This document shows positions 1 to 13,021 of a DNA stretch of 64,000 nt, piece after piece (position 1 is the stretch's first letter; each line of letters opens with the position of its first letter). The stretch covers positions 41,912,001-41,976,000 of the forward strand of contig OZ024744.1 of NCBI GenBank assembly GCA_964016885.1, in the 5' to 3' direction. The stretch is from Eledone cirrhosa. Lineage: Eukaryota. The notes beneath the pieces were generated by a model that worked only from the letters and a program-made list of their open reading frames with translations, ran no database searches and was not told the origin of the DNA. The position numbers and the translations under genes were made by a program.

Positions 1-136
1 GATTCCCGCGCTTTTACTTTGGCCGACATAAGCGCACTCTCAACTGTTGCAATTATACTACGGAACTTAAAAAATTATTTTTACTTGTTTTGTTCACAAC
101 TATTTTGATAAAGTTTACGAACGTCTTTCTCCTGCA

Positions 137-916
137 ATGTCAAGTAATTCACTGCCGGTTTTTTGCGGGGATGTGCGAATCTGGCTGGCACAAATAGAAT
201 CATTTTTCCCCGCACACAATATTTTGTCCGACTCTAGACAGCTCCACCTTTCACTGCGTGCCATTCCTGCTTCCTTGCCACCATCGGTTAAGGACTTGAT
301 TACCGACCCGGTTCCGGAGGCTACCTATAGCAGCATGAAAAAGGAAATCCTTAACCGCACTTCTGTCTCGGCGGAAAGGAAGTTTCGCACTCTAGTTAAC
401 GATGTACACCTTGGCTACTATACACCTACACAACTCTTACGGAGGATGAGAGAGCTGGCAGAAGACGCACCGGCCGACAGCGCCATGTTCAAGCAGCTTT
501 TCTTCTCTAGGCTGCCGCCTAATGTCCAGGCCATTTTGGCAGCGATGACCGAAACCAGTTTGGTGGATCAGTTGGCATCATCCGCTGATAACATTTTGGA
601 GTACTCCGGCAATTCGACCACTACTACCCCATCACGACTTGCAACAAATGCTTCACCTTTTCCTGTCGTTTCGGCCAGCGCCACTTCGACCAACGAAGCA
701 ACACTAAAGGCCATCCTTGACCTTACGAAGGAGGTACATCTTCTTCGTTTATCCAGATCGAGATCTCTCCGACAACGGTCGCGGAATCGCTCGAATTCTT
801 CACGCCATCGTTTCCAACCTTCACCATTGCGAGCATGCTTTTACCATAACCGTTTCGGAGCCTCTGCTCATAAATGTATCCAGCCTTGTTCCTTTCACTC
901 CGGGGAAACTAAGTAA
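137..916 (+). CDS. gag: Gypsy Gag with C-terminal Cys/His knuckle
   Basis: 259-aa ORF: WLAQIESFF, TPTQLLRRMRELA, LFFSRLP, SR-rich stretch, CFYHNRFGASAHKCIQPC. Confidence 0.9.
   Translation: MSSNSLPVFCGDVRIWLAQIESFFPAHNILSDSRQLHLSLRAIPASLPPSVKDLITDPVPEATYSSMKKEILNRTSVSAERKFRTLVNDVHLGYYTPTQLLRRMRELAEDAPADSAMFKQLFFSRLPPNVQAILAAMTETSLVDQLASSADNILEYSGNSTTTTPSRLATNASPFPVVSASATSTNEATLKAILDLTKEVHLLRLSRSRSLRQRSRNRSNSSRHRFQPSPLRACFYHNRFGASAHKCIQPCSFHSGETK
903..912 (+). promoter_or_regulatory. Probable ancestral -1 frameshift slippery site G GGA AAC followed by TAA
   Basis: GGGAAAC at the gag/pol overlap; its -1 frame equals the pol ORF frame (717..1388), but the present gag frame is offset by an indel. 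Confidence 0.5.
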
Positions 917-929
917 CGGAGAATTAAGC

Positions 930-3900
930 ATGACGTCTTTTCCGCAATTATATACTGAAAGTCGTGCATTTTTCATTACAGATTCCTTCTCGCACGCACG
1001 CTGCCTCATCGACACGGGTGCGTCTTGCAACATTTGGCCGTTAAAACTCTTGAAAGAGAAACCTCCTCTCTCACAGATATCACTACAAGCTATAAACCAT
1101 TCAGCTATCCCTACGTATAGACAAATCTCTCGCTCTTTGGACCTGGATTTACGTAGAGATTTCTCATGGATTTTCACCATAGCTGATTTGCCATATCCTA
1201 TTCTGGGTGCTGATTTTTTGCATCATTTCAATCTTATGGTTGGTATGCGGACACGTCGTTTATTGGAAGCAACTAGGAATTTTTCTGCGCTTGGACGTAC
1301 TTCAGTAATCCAGTATATCAGTCCAGTCTTCTACATCGAAGCTCGGATGACCCGTATCATGCGCTTTTGCATTCCTTTCCGGAATTAACGAACCTGAACT
1401 TTGTGGCAGATACCCCTACTCACTCTACCAAACATTTTATTGAGACTAAGGGTGCTCCAGTTTTTTCACGCCCGCGTCGCCTTGCTCCGGAAAAATTGAA
1501 AGCGGCTAAGGCAGAATTTAACCATATGCTGCAGTTGGGTATCATTCGCCCTTCTTCCAGTCCGTGAGCCTCGCCTTTGCACATGGTGCCGAAACGTTCG
1601 GGAGACTGGCGTCCCACTGGATATTTTCGGCGATTAAATTCGATCACCGTGCCAGACCGTTACCCAATTCCTTACATCCAGGATTTCACTTCTTCGCTTC
1701 ACGGATGTACTATCTTTTCAAAATTGGACCTGATCAGAGTATACCATCAAATTCCTGTGAATCCTGCGGACATTCCTAAAACTGCCGTTACTACACCTTT
1801 CAGTGCATTCGAGTTTTTAACAATGCCTTTTGGACTACGCAATGCTGCTAGTACCTCCCAGCGATTTATGGATGAAGTCGTCCGCGAACTGGATTTTGTA
1901 TATTGTTACATCGACAATATTCTCATCGCGAGTGCTTCACCGGAGGACCATATCTCGCACCTCCGCCAACTGTTTGAACGATTTAGGCAGTACCAAGTTC
2001 GCATTAACCCAGCGAAGTGTATTTTTGGCGCTGCTTCATTCGTCTTTTTAGGCCACGTGATAAACTCTGCGGGAATATTCCCACTTCCTGAGAAAGTGAA
2101 GGCTCTTCAGGAATTCCCTCCGCCTATTTCTTTGCGACAGCTGCAGCAGTTCCTAGGCCTCCTAAATTATTATCGCCGGTTTATTGCGCAGAACTCTTAG
2201 CTCCAATATCTGATCTCCTATGTAACAGAAAGAAGAAGAACGAGCCAATTGCTTTGGGAAGCATTCTCCAAAGCTAAACAGAATTTAGCAAACGCATCTC
2301 TGCTTGCTCACCCTGTGTCTCATGCCCAGTTTTCGCTGGTTGTTGATGCATCAAGCACAGCGGTAGGTGCAGTATTGCAACAGCACCACCAACAACAGCT
2401 TCAACCTCTTGCTTTCTTTTCTAAGCAGCTGAAGCCTGCCGAATCCCGCTATAGCACCTTCGGCCGCGAACTGTTAACCATTTTCCTGGCTGTGAAACAC
2501 TTTCGGCATTCACTGGAAGGCCGACAGTTTACGATCTATACTGACCATCGTCCACTTACGTTCGCACTCAGTTCCAATCCGGACAAATACTCACCTCGAG
2601 AAACTCGTCACTTGGACTTCATATCCCAGTTTACGAATTACATTCGTCATATACCGGGTGAACAAAACACACCAGCGGATGCCTTATCTCGCCTACCCAT
2701 CAATGCTTTGTCAGCACCTGCGACTGTTGACTTGCATCTTGTGGCTGCAGAGCAGTCCACCGTTGGATCTGTCTTCACCTGAATTTGCAACCTGCAAATT
2801 TAAATACCTGCCTGTACCCACTTCTGACTCTTAGATTCTGTGTGATACTGCAACAGATTCACTTCGCCCTCTGGTACCAGAGACTCATCGTCGAATAGTT
2901 TTTGATTCTCTACATAGTTTGGCACACCCCCGAATTTCCGCCACAGTGAATCTCATTTCAGCTAGATACTTCTGGTCGAATATGAGACGTGATATCACTG
3001 CATGGTCACGTTCCTGTTTATCTTGTCAAAAGTCGAAGGTGCATAAACATATTCGCGCACCTCTCGGCGCATTTAGCACTCCTAACGCACGTTTTTGCCA
3101 CATACACATTGATATCGTGGGACCTTGGCCTGCTAGTCGTGGATGTTCATACATCCTGACCTGTATTGACCATTTCACCCGATGGCCTGAAGCCATTCTT
3201 CTTAGTGACATTACTGCTGAATCTGTAGCGCGAGCCGTGGTTTCAGGATGGATATCGCGCTATAAGGTTCCTACCACTATTACTACAGACCGTGGTAGGT
3301 AGTTTGAATCCCTACTTTTCAGGGATCTATCGAATATCATCGGCGCTGAACGCATCAGTTACCACCCTGCATCTAATGGAATGGTAGAGCGTTTTTTCAT
3401 CGGCAGTTAAAAGCGGCATTGCGTGCCTATTCGGATACTCTACATTGGAGCGACTACCTCCTCATAGTATTACTCGGTATCCGCACTTCAATTAAAGAGG
3501 ACCGTGGATTCTCTCCAGTCGAGCTTTTGTACGGCACTACTTTATCTCTGCAGAACAGATGCTTGGTCCAGTTGACCTTGCTACTCAGGACCCTACACTA
3601 TATGTGACCCGTTTGCATGCGTATTTTCAAGTTCTGCCTCCTATGAACACTAGGCAACAAGCCATTAAATCTTCGGTTCCGAGGGACATTGCCTCGTGGA
3701 CCCATGTTTTTGTCAGAAATGACGCAGTGAGAAGTCCTCTCACTCCACCTTATTCTGGACCCTATCGCGTACTTGCACGTACAGATAAACATTTCACCAT
3801 TGACTTTAATGTACATAAAGACAGTATCTATTGACAGACTTAAGCGGGCCTACACAGATGCTCTCACACCAGAGCATCATACTCTCCCCTCCTACAATGT

Positions 3901-4030
3901 GTCAATACAAACACCACCGCAAACACCACAATCACATACAAACACTCCTTTACCTTCAACATACATCACAACTCGTAGTGGTCGTCAGGTCCATTGGCCC
4001 AAGAAACTTTGTAAAACAATTTACATATGA
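930..4030 (+). pseudogene. pol: Gypsy pol (protease, RT, RNase H, integrase) with stops and frameshifts
   Basis: LIDTGAS (protease); MPFGLRNA and YIDNILI (RT, catalytic D to N); VDASSTAVGAVL and YSTFGRELL (RNase H); HIDIVGP and ITTDRG (integrase); TRSGRQVHWP tail. Confidence 0.95.
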
Positions 4031-4151
4031 ACTATTCTTTTTTTTTCTCTTTTTTCTTTATTTTTATATTTGCTTTGCATGACTTATGTTACCTTTGCAG
4101 ACATTTTCTCCTCATTTTTATCGACTGCTTTCCAGTCTAAGCAAAGGGTGA

Positions 4152-4362
4152 TGTAGTGGATCTACGTCGTACCTCACAATAGCAACATTTTCATATGCAA
4201 TAAAGTCAAACTGACCAATGGGAAGTTGCGTATGAATACATGATCAATCTCACTCCCGCTCTCTGGTGAAAAACCTCAGAAAGCACTCGAGAGACCAGAC
4301 AGACCGAGCTAATCCGGAGATGACACGGACACGTGAGGATTTATTGTAAAATGACTCCTACA
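4152..4362 (+). repeat. 3' LTR of the first Gypsy element (~211 bp)
   Basis: Starts TGTAG right after the PPT, ends CTACA. Confidence 0.7.
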
Positions 4363-5557
4363 TTCCTTTCGACAAATAAAATGATATTTATAGAGGATTG
4401 AGCGTTAAAGAGCTATTTATTTATATCCTGGAAGTCAGAAACATTTACTACCGAAGAGAAGCTACCAACTCTTCGAATAAGGTATTTCAATTATATCGCT
4501 TATAAATAAGATCCTTCGAAGACTGATAACAAGCAATTGTAAAAGAGTAAAGAAAAAATTTAACCTCTCATTTTATCTATAAAAGTAGTAAAATTTCATG
4601 AAATAGGCAAAGAAACTATATTCAATCCCAAACTAACCAGGGTTCCATGTGCGGTCCAGATTTGAATTTATACGGGATACAATCCCATCCCACACCACAA
4701 TAAATACAGATGACATGTAGGTATATACCCTAACACAACGTACTACTATTTCTATGTAATCATTACAAAATGGGGACTAAATCATATACTGAGTGAGTCC
4801 TGAGTGGGTAGGGGGAGTAATTAAAGATAAACAGATATAAAGGGTATAGAAAGTAATATTCTAGTGTCGTGTAATAATTTTAGGTAACAGATGAGTAAAA
4901 GGATAAGTATATAAGGAAAATAAAATCTAGTTATACCCAGAGTGGCAATCATTGTAGTAAACATGGAAGTAAATAAGAAAACACCGAAGAAATAAAATAC
5001 AAATCAAGGTGTAACAAATAAACAATAGATAATGCAGTTGGAAAATACATGGTTATAAATATAGAGGAGTAGGGGTGGTATCAGGTGATACGCAGTGTAG
5101 GTTCGAGTATTAACTGTTTATGAGAAACCAAAAAACTGTGAAATATAGGATATATAATATATATTATATGTATAATTCAGTCAATACAATACAGGGTATA
5201 GTAGAATATGTTGATTGTTCGAAGAAGCTGGGAAGTCTGACGGAGTTTGAGTGTTCCTGATAGGGAAGTAGCAAGGTGCGCTCCGGGTATTGAGGTAGAC
5301 ATAGCTTACTGCAGCCAAAATAGGAGTTGGGTGCAGTTAGTCTCATGTTGGTAATAGCTGCATGCTGGTCCCAGAGCTCCTGTTCTCTACTACATCACAA
5401 AGCGCTCAACAGTACAGCGAGCATTATTCATTTAGATTTGGTGGTTCACCACTGGATAGAACTGGTCATTCCGTATAGTCAAACGTGATGTAATTTTAGG
5501 AGATTAGTATCAGTGTATATATATATATTATCAAGAATGACAATAAATACAGGTGAG

Positions 5558-5875
5558 TGTTGTGACATGGTTTTACTTCACAGAAGTCAAATAAATTAAT
5601 ATAAATAATTATTACCACATGTTGATGTTCAGTTGGTCACAACTCCCAGACTGGAGTGTGTAGAGAAGAACATAAATCTTCTCTTGGAGGTGTACTTCTT
5701 GTTCCTTCGAAGTTCAGGATGCGAGAGAGAGTTATGCCTTGATTGTCCTCAAATATATAGTCCCCAGGGAGACGCAACTCCATTTAGTACATGAATCTGC
5801 CACTGGGAGTCGCGACCGTCGCAAAGGGACGCAACTCCTATACGTGCAGAGTTACAGCCGTAAGGGACCGCTACA
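5558..5875 (-). repeat. 3' LTR of the minus-strand Gypsy
   Basis: Minus strand: GGAGGCGGG PPT then TGTAGCGG...GTCACAACA; its end resembles the LTRs at 58655-59742. Confidence 0.75.
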
Positions 5876-7539
5876 GTACCCGCCTCCAGGCGCTAGGCGA
5901 AAAGCCCCAAGGTAACTGTAGCGAACCCACAAGCATGAGCTCCCAGCACAGGCATGAAATGGTAACGAAAAGGTACATGGTAATACAATAAAGTAAAAAA
6001 AGAAAAAAAAAGGCTCCAGTGGCCAGTTCACATGAAAACAGTTTGGCAGAGTTTTTGGGGCCAGTGGACTCTTCGACCGGAACGGGTCGTGGTCTTATAT
6101 GTAGGTGAAGGTTGGGCAGAAGGAGTAGGTGAATGCACAAGAGAGAAAGATTGGGGTATTTGTGGCTCGGGTGTATGAGCGTCATTGTATGCCTTTTTTA
6201 GTCTATCCACCGAAATTGTCTCTCTGGACCCCTTAATGTCTACTGTGAAAGGTTTGTCAGTACATACTAACACACGGTAGGGTCCAGAGTACGGTTGTGT
6301 AAGGGGTGGAGTAACCGCATCGTTTCTGACGAATGCATGTGTCCACGAGCAATATCCCTCGGGACTGCAGCTTTAATAGTTTGTTTCCTAGTATTCATGG
6401 GCGGTAAGTCCTGAAAATAGGAGCGCAAACGAGATACGTAGGAAACAGGGTCCTGGAAAGCAAGATCAACAGGGGCAAGCATTTGCACAGGCAACGCTAG
6501 AGGAGCACCATACAGTAATTCGGCCGGGGAGAACCCAAGGTCCTCCTTTATTGATGACCGAATTCCTAACAACACAATAGGAAGGTACTCGCTCCAACGT
6601 TGAGAGTCTGGATAGGCGCGAAGAGCGGCCTTTAATTGGCGGTGAAAACGCTCCACCATTCCGTTTGAAGCAGGATGATAGGCTGTGGTCCGAATCCGTT
6701 GAGCACCAACGATCTTTGTGAGCTCAGAGAAGAGATGAGACTCAAATTGTCTACCACGGTCTGTGGTGACTGTAGTTGGTACCCCAAAGCGGGTAATCCA
6801 CCCTGATACCAGGGCACGCGCTACAGTCTCAGCAGTTATATCTTTTAAGTGGATGGCTTCAGGCCATCGCGAAAATCGATCGATACAAGAGGTACGAATA
6901 TCCACTGCTGAATGGCCAAGGTCCAACGATATCAATGTGGATGTGTTGAAGCCAAGTATCTGGAGTACTGAAAGTACCAAGTGGAGTCCGGATGTGTCTG
7001 TGGATTTTAGATATCTGACACTGTGTGCAGGAACGGCACCAGACAGTAATTTGTCGCCTTATATTGGGCCAGAAAAATCTAGCCGTTATAAGCTTTACTG
7101 TGGCAGAAATTCCTGGGTAAGAAATGCTTTAAAAAGCAAGGAACACAATTCAACGGTACGTCTCAGGAACAAATGGTCGTGGTGAATCCGTAGATACATC
7201 ACATAGAATATGCCTGTTGGTGGTCGATAAGGGCAGATATTTGAAGATGCATCTACGGATTCACCACGACCATTTGTTCCTGCTGGAAAAAAGATTACTT
7301 CTAGTTTTCGTTGTAGACAGTGTCGGAGAAAAAATCCATGTCGAATGTTGTTAGAGGAAATTTTTTTTTGTCCGAAATAGCGTCACGTAGGTGAGAAAAA
7401 AGTTTGTCCAAACGAAAAGTTCAACGTGTGTCTGTGTGTTCGTTTTATTTATCTGCGCGAATCAACAGTTTAATAAGTCATTTGATGTTACCATTAAAGC
7501 GAATGGCGAAATTAAATAGGCTGCGTTTTCTTGATTTAC

Positions 7540-7554
7540 CGTCGGAGGTCACCA
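7540..7554 (-). promoter_or_regulatory. Primer binding site, tRNA-Trp-like
   Basis: TGGTGACCTCCGACG, one inserted base from the complement of the eukaryotic tRNA-Trp 3' end (CGTCGGGGTCACCA), adjacent to the LTR end. Confidence 0.75.
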
Positions 7555-7555
7555 C

Positions 7556-7928
7556 TTTAGGAGATATGGTCATCAGTTATAGAAGGATAGGGTCAATGTC
7601 CGATGGGAATATCTTCTATTTTTTATATGTTATGACTCCATTGAATTCACTGGAAGTTATTGGTAGTGTATGCATTGGTATCAGAGTAAAAACAACAGAG
7701 CTAATCAACGTAACAATTGTTTTATTGATGGATTGGTGTGTGCATAAATGTTAGTTCATACCTGGAGCTATATGTTCGCAAACAGCAGTAAGAAAGGATC
7801 GGAATGCATGTCCATCCCTAGGCCCTTTGATGGGGGTCCCTAGGAAGATGTTATCAGTTCGGAGGCTGCAGTCCAACTGTCCCGTGCTTTGACTTGATGT
7901 CATAACAAGGGAGGCGACTCTCACTACA
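7556..7928 (-). repeat. 5' LTR of the minus-strand Gypsy
   Basis: Minus strand starts TGTAGTGAGAGTCGCCTCCCTTG and ends CTCCTAAA (degenerate CTACA) next to the PBS. Confidence 0.7.
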
Positions 7929-8262
7929 TAATATTAGGAAAAGCAAAAAGCACTCGACGTAATGCAGCTCACCCATCTTCGTTTATGTTGAATCTTGTTG
8001 GTGGGTTCATGCAGAACCCGGTCATTGAAATGGGCATAGTGTTTATAAGGAATCTTTAAGGAATTTCACCAGTCCAGCCTCCTGTTATTTTACTCAATAA
8101 TTAATTCCGTTCTCGTACCGCCAACAAGATTTAACATAAACGAAGATGGGTGAGTTGCATTACGTCGAGTGCTATTCTTAATATTACATTACGGTTGACT
8201 ATGCGGAATGACCAGTTCTATCCAGTGGTGAACCAACAAACCTAAATGAATATATATATATA

Positions 8263-8470
8263 TCTTTGTACTGTTGATCATGTTATTCTCCACTTTTTCA
8301 ATTATATTACTCCAAGATAAACTTACATAGGAATACAAGTGAAATCATAAACTCGTCATCTACGTAAACCTCTTGTTGAGTCAAGCAACGCCGTACGCTA
8401 AAGCTATCCATAATAAGAAGTATTCACAACCTCTAACTGGATTACCTATAACGATTTTTTGTTAACCTTT
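8263..8470 (+). mobile_element. Penelope-like terminal fragment, same family as 13022-13518
   Basis: Reverse-complement match to 13022-13232; flanked by (TA)n. Confidence 0.7.
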
Positions 8471-8979
8471 ATATATATATATAATCATAGTCATATATAT
8501 TTTGTCATTTTCTAGATTTTCATCATTACTATTTGAAAATATTGATCATTGCATTACCATCATCTTCACCATTATCATTGTTACCATGTTTTCACCATAA
8601 CCATTATCACCATGCCTTCCACTATGTTTGTGTATGCCCACACACTGGTTTTACACTTACACAAAAGGACAAACAGCTGTGAATAAACAAAAAGATCCTT
8701 TTGCTCTCTCATGCTATCTCACTCTCTCCCTCGTCTATCAAAAGGAAAGTTGTTTCTGCATGTGTCCAGATTCTACTCACATATTAGAGAACAAATCTCC
8801 ACAAAACTACATACAGTATATATATCCACTACAAGTATATACATCCAGACAAGTAATTGTAAAAATTGTTTTGCTTTACAAAACAAGCAATATATTTAAA
8901 TTCACCTGTATATATTTTCGTATGCATATCGAAAAAGTAAACCGATTTTTTGGCAACTAACTATCTTTCTCTATTCTGT

Positions 8980-9726
<747 letters not shown>

Positions 9727-9776
9727 ACGAATGATCAGTAACATGGTTGGCTGTACAACAAGGGTCTTTATTTCAG

Positions 9777-9887
9777 GTATTAACAATTGTTTCATTGACC
9801 AGGTCAGTCTAGAGGCCGCTAATCGCTCGAAGTTGCGTCACTCGATCTCCATTAGATTATTTACCTCTGATCAAATCCTCGGAATAC
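9777..9887 (-). ncRNA. Type I hammerhead-like motif with long stem II and CCGAGGA core
   Basis: GTATT-CCGAGGA-T-TTGATCAG..~65 nt..CTGGTCAA-T-GAAA-CAATTG-TT-AATAC. Confidence 0.6.
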
Positions 9888-10160
9888 TTATAATTCATAC
9901 ATGGCAAGATATATATAGAGGAATAGCGTATAATCAAAACAATAACAGCAATAATAAAACATATGATAAATAGGTAAAGAAGATACAGATGTAAAAAGTA
10001 AAAAAATAAGAAAAAAGATGAAGTAAAAAAGTAAGAAAATGGAAAAATAATAAAAAAAATATAAAGAAATAAGGATAAGTGAGAGCATATAATTATAGAA
10101 TATGATAGTGGTGGTGGTGAGTAAGTGTCCGTAAAAGGATGCATATATGCATATATATAT

Positions 10161-10191
<31 letters not shown>

Positions 10192-10202
10192 ATATATAAA
10201 TA

Positions 10203-13005
10203 AGTGTCATTAATGACATCAACGATGCTGGGTTTAAAATCACCTCTGATCTCAACATCCAGGACCGGACTGAAACCCTGGACCCCATTTCTCCCCACTT
10301 TACACTGAAGGATCACAAATACAATTTCCCAAACAACCCCTCTATTCGGCTTATTAACCCTACAAAGTCCGATTTAGGTAGACTTATTAAAAGGATTTTA
10401 GATAGAATTATACCTGAAATTAGAAGTTTGGCCCCTCTTGCACTGTGGAATAATTCTTTAGCGGTGATTGATTGGTTCAACGTCATATACAACAAGGAAC
10501 ATTGCCGTTTTATCCAATTCAACATCAATAATTACTACTCCTCCATCACTTTACCACTTCTTCTGAGAGCTATCAATTTCGCTAAAACACTCACAGTGGT
10601 TAAGAATTTGAAGTTGATGACATCCTCAATGCCCGTAAGTCGGTGATTAATTTCGACGACTCTATTTGGATTAAAAAATCTAATAGTACCCCATTCGACG
10701 TGAGTATGGGCGCCAGCGATTCTGCGGAAGTTACTGATCTTATCGGCCTTTTCCTTCTTTTCTCTATCAAGGAAAAATTCCCCAATGTGGGCGGTGGTTT
10801 GTACCGTGATAACGGTCTTTTGACCATGACTAAGTGCGGCCCACGCGCTTGCGACAGGTTCAGAAAATAACTCACAGCCTTCTTTAAAGGCTTCAACCTC
10901 TCCATACAGGTTGAGGCCAACCTTTCGGTCATTAATTACCTCGACGTTACCCTCAATTTGTCGAATGGCTTGCACTACCCGTATAGAAAGCCGAATGAGA
11001 CGCTTAATTACATAAGTAAGCATTCTAACCATCCTGTCAGCATAACTAAGAACCTGGTAAGAAACGTTTCTTTGAGGCTTTCCGTCTATCTACAAACGAG
11101 CATATTTTCACGACCATTCTACATATTACAATGAAGCACTTGCTCGGAGTGGTTTTGTCGATAAGGTAGCATATACTGAGTATGAGCATAGACCTAGGAA
11201 AAATAGATCCCGACGCATTATATGGTATAACCCACCATATAATATGGAGGAGGCCACACCATTAGCTAAGATCTTTCTCTCCCTTATTAAGACGCATCCC
11301 CCCACAACACATAAGTATAACATTTTTAATAGAAATACCATTAAAATGCCTTACTCTACAACTCCTAACCTTGCACATAACATCACTGCTTCAAATTTAG
11401 CTAAATTACCTAGCCGTAGGAACACGTGCAACCCTGTAGCTAGTACTAACTGTAATTATAGCAATCGGGTTGACTGCCCCCTATTCGGGAAATGCCTCGC
11501 CAGTAACATTGTCTACAAATGTAAGGTTGAAACACCCTCATGCCGTAGGGCCTACATAGGGTTGACTGTCAATAGATTCAAGCAACGTCTTTACATGCAT
11601 ACCCATTCTTTTCTTAACCCTTTAAGAAGGAATATGACGTCACTTTCAGCTTATATCTGGAGTCTAAAAGACAACCACACCCAATATAAGTTACACTGGG
11701 AGATCCTAGCTAAGGCTAGATCGTATAACGGAAATAAAAGACCATTCGATCTCTGCGCCGCTGAGGCCCTGGAAATACTCTACCCCAATGACCACATCTT
11801 AAACAAAAAATCTGAGGCAATTTCGGCTTGTAAACATAAATTGTACAACACTTTCCTGTATTACAGCCCCACATTATACCCTAACGGATAGTACGAACGA
11901 TACGCGGATAATTTACTTCTTGATGTGGTAGCTAAGTATATTTTATGTTTATACCATTACATATTTGTATAGGTAAGTATATATTACCTGTATGTTTTGT
12001 GAAGGTTCGTATACTTTCTCGTACGTATATTTGCTTAGCTTTGTTATAGATGTATATATTATATTATATATACTGGTACATGTGTATATGGTTATGTGTA
12101 CACGTGTATCTTGCGTTTGTGTGTGTATGCGGGTTTGCACGTATGTAGGGTGTGTATATGTGTACTTTGTGTTTTGGTTGACGCACGTTTAGCGAACATA
12201 TGTGTATTTACCTGTAGGCATGTGTGTGCGCGCGTTATATACGTATTTATGTGTGTATATTTATATACGTTTATATAATTATATGTATACACACATATAT
12301 GCACGCACACACACACATATATATATATATAATTTAATATTTTTTTATGTGTATTTGGTGTATAGGTTCGCATGTGTGCGGGTACAGGTGTTGCGCGTGT
12401 TTTTGTATGTGTGTGTTCTTGTATTTGCATACCCATGGCGGGTGTTTTCGCGTGTGCATGTGTATGTACGTATATGGTTGCGTGCATGTATATATTTAAT
12501 CATTGTTGATTTCAATAACCTCTGTAATTTATTTACTCTGAAGCCGAGAATCATTCGGTTTCCTAAATAGAATTTTAGTCTACCACTTCATTTATACCAT
12601 AAACGTAGTTTTGTCTTTGCATGTAATTGTTCTCACCGTCCACATAATGACGTATTATCTTCGCTTTTTTTCGTTCATTGCCAGGGAACGTCTCCACGAA
12701 CTACCTAAATAGACTATTAGTCTACGACTTCATTTATACCATAAATGTGGTTTTGTCTCTACGAACCAAAGTATCGTCGTCCTGTTTTACTTCGGTTGCA
12801 ACGTTTTTTGAAATATTTACTTCTGCGTTCACAGATTGATTTTTTTTCAGAAGATCCCGGTAAGGCTGAAAGCAGCGATGTTTTGCTTAATCTTTAATCT
12901 GTTATTTTAATAAATATTTGCTCTAGGGTTCTTATATATTTGATATATATTTATCCTTATCGAGCCCTCTTTGGATTTTAGTCTTCAAATTTATTATTAT
13001 TACTA
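10203..13005 (+). mobile_element. Penelope-like element family A (Naiad-type), 5'-truncated and frameshifted, with ~1.1-kb 3' region
   Basis: RT motifs FIQFNINNYYSSI, SMGASDSAEV, GLYRDNG; GIY-YIG IVYKCKV..AYIGLT; ends in (TA)n; homologous to the copies at 52843 and 61622. Confidence 0.93.
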
Positions 13006-13021
13006 TATATATATATATATA

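Larger units (their letters stand above)
1..4362 (+). mobile_element. Ty3/Gypsy LTR retrotransposon, decayed; 5' LTR lies outside the window
   Basis: Gag-PR-RT-RNaseH-IN order in ORF fragments; purine-rich tract at ~4139-4151 followed by a TGTAG...CTACA-bounded LTR. Confidence 0.95.
5558..7928 (-). mobile_element. Internally deleted, chimaeric Gypsy element (LTR-PBS-leader fused to integrase-PPT-LTR)
   Basis: Integrase fragments 6028-7245 ([39 protein letters not shown]); LTR-like segments 7556-7928 and 5558-5875; gag/PR/RT/RH absent. Confidence 0.9.

Noticed and set aside
4451-4490. CCGAAGA-GAAG..CTTC-GAAT hammerhead-like string
   Set aside because: Two core deviations and no convincing stem I or III
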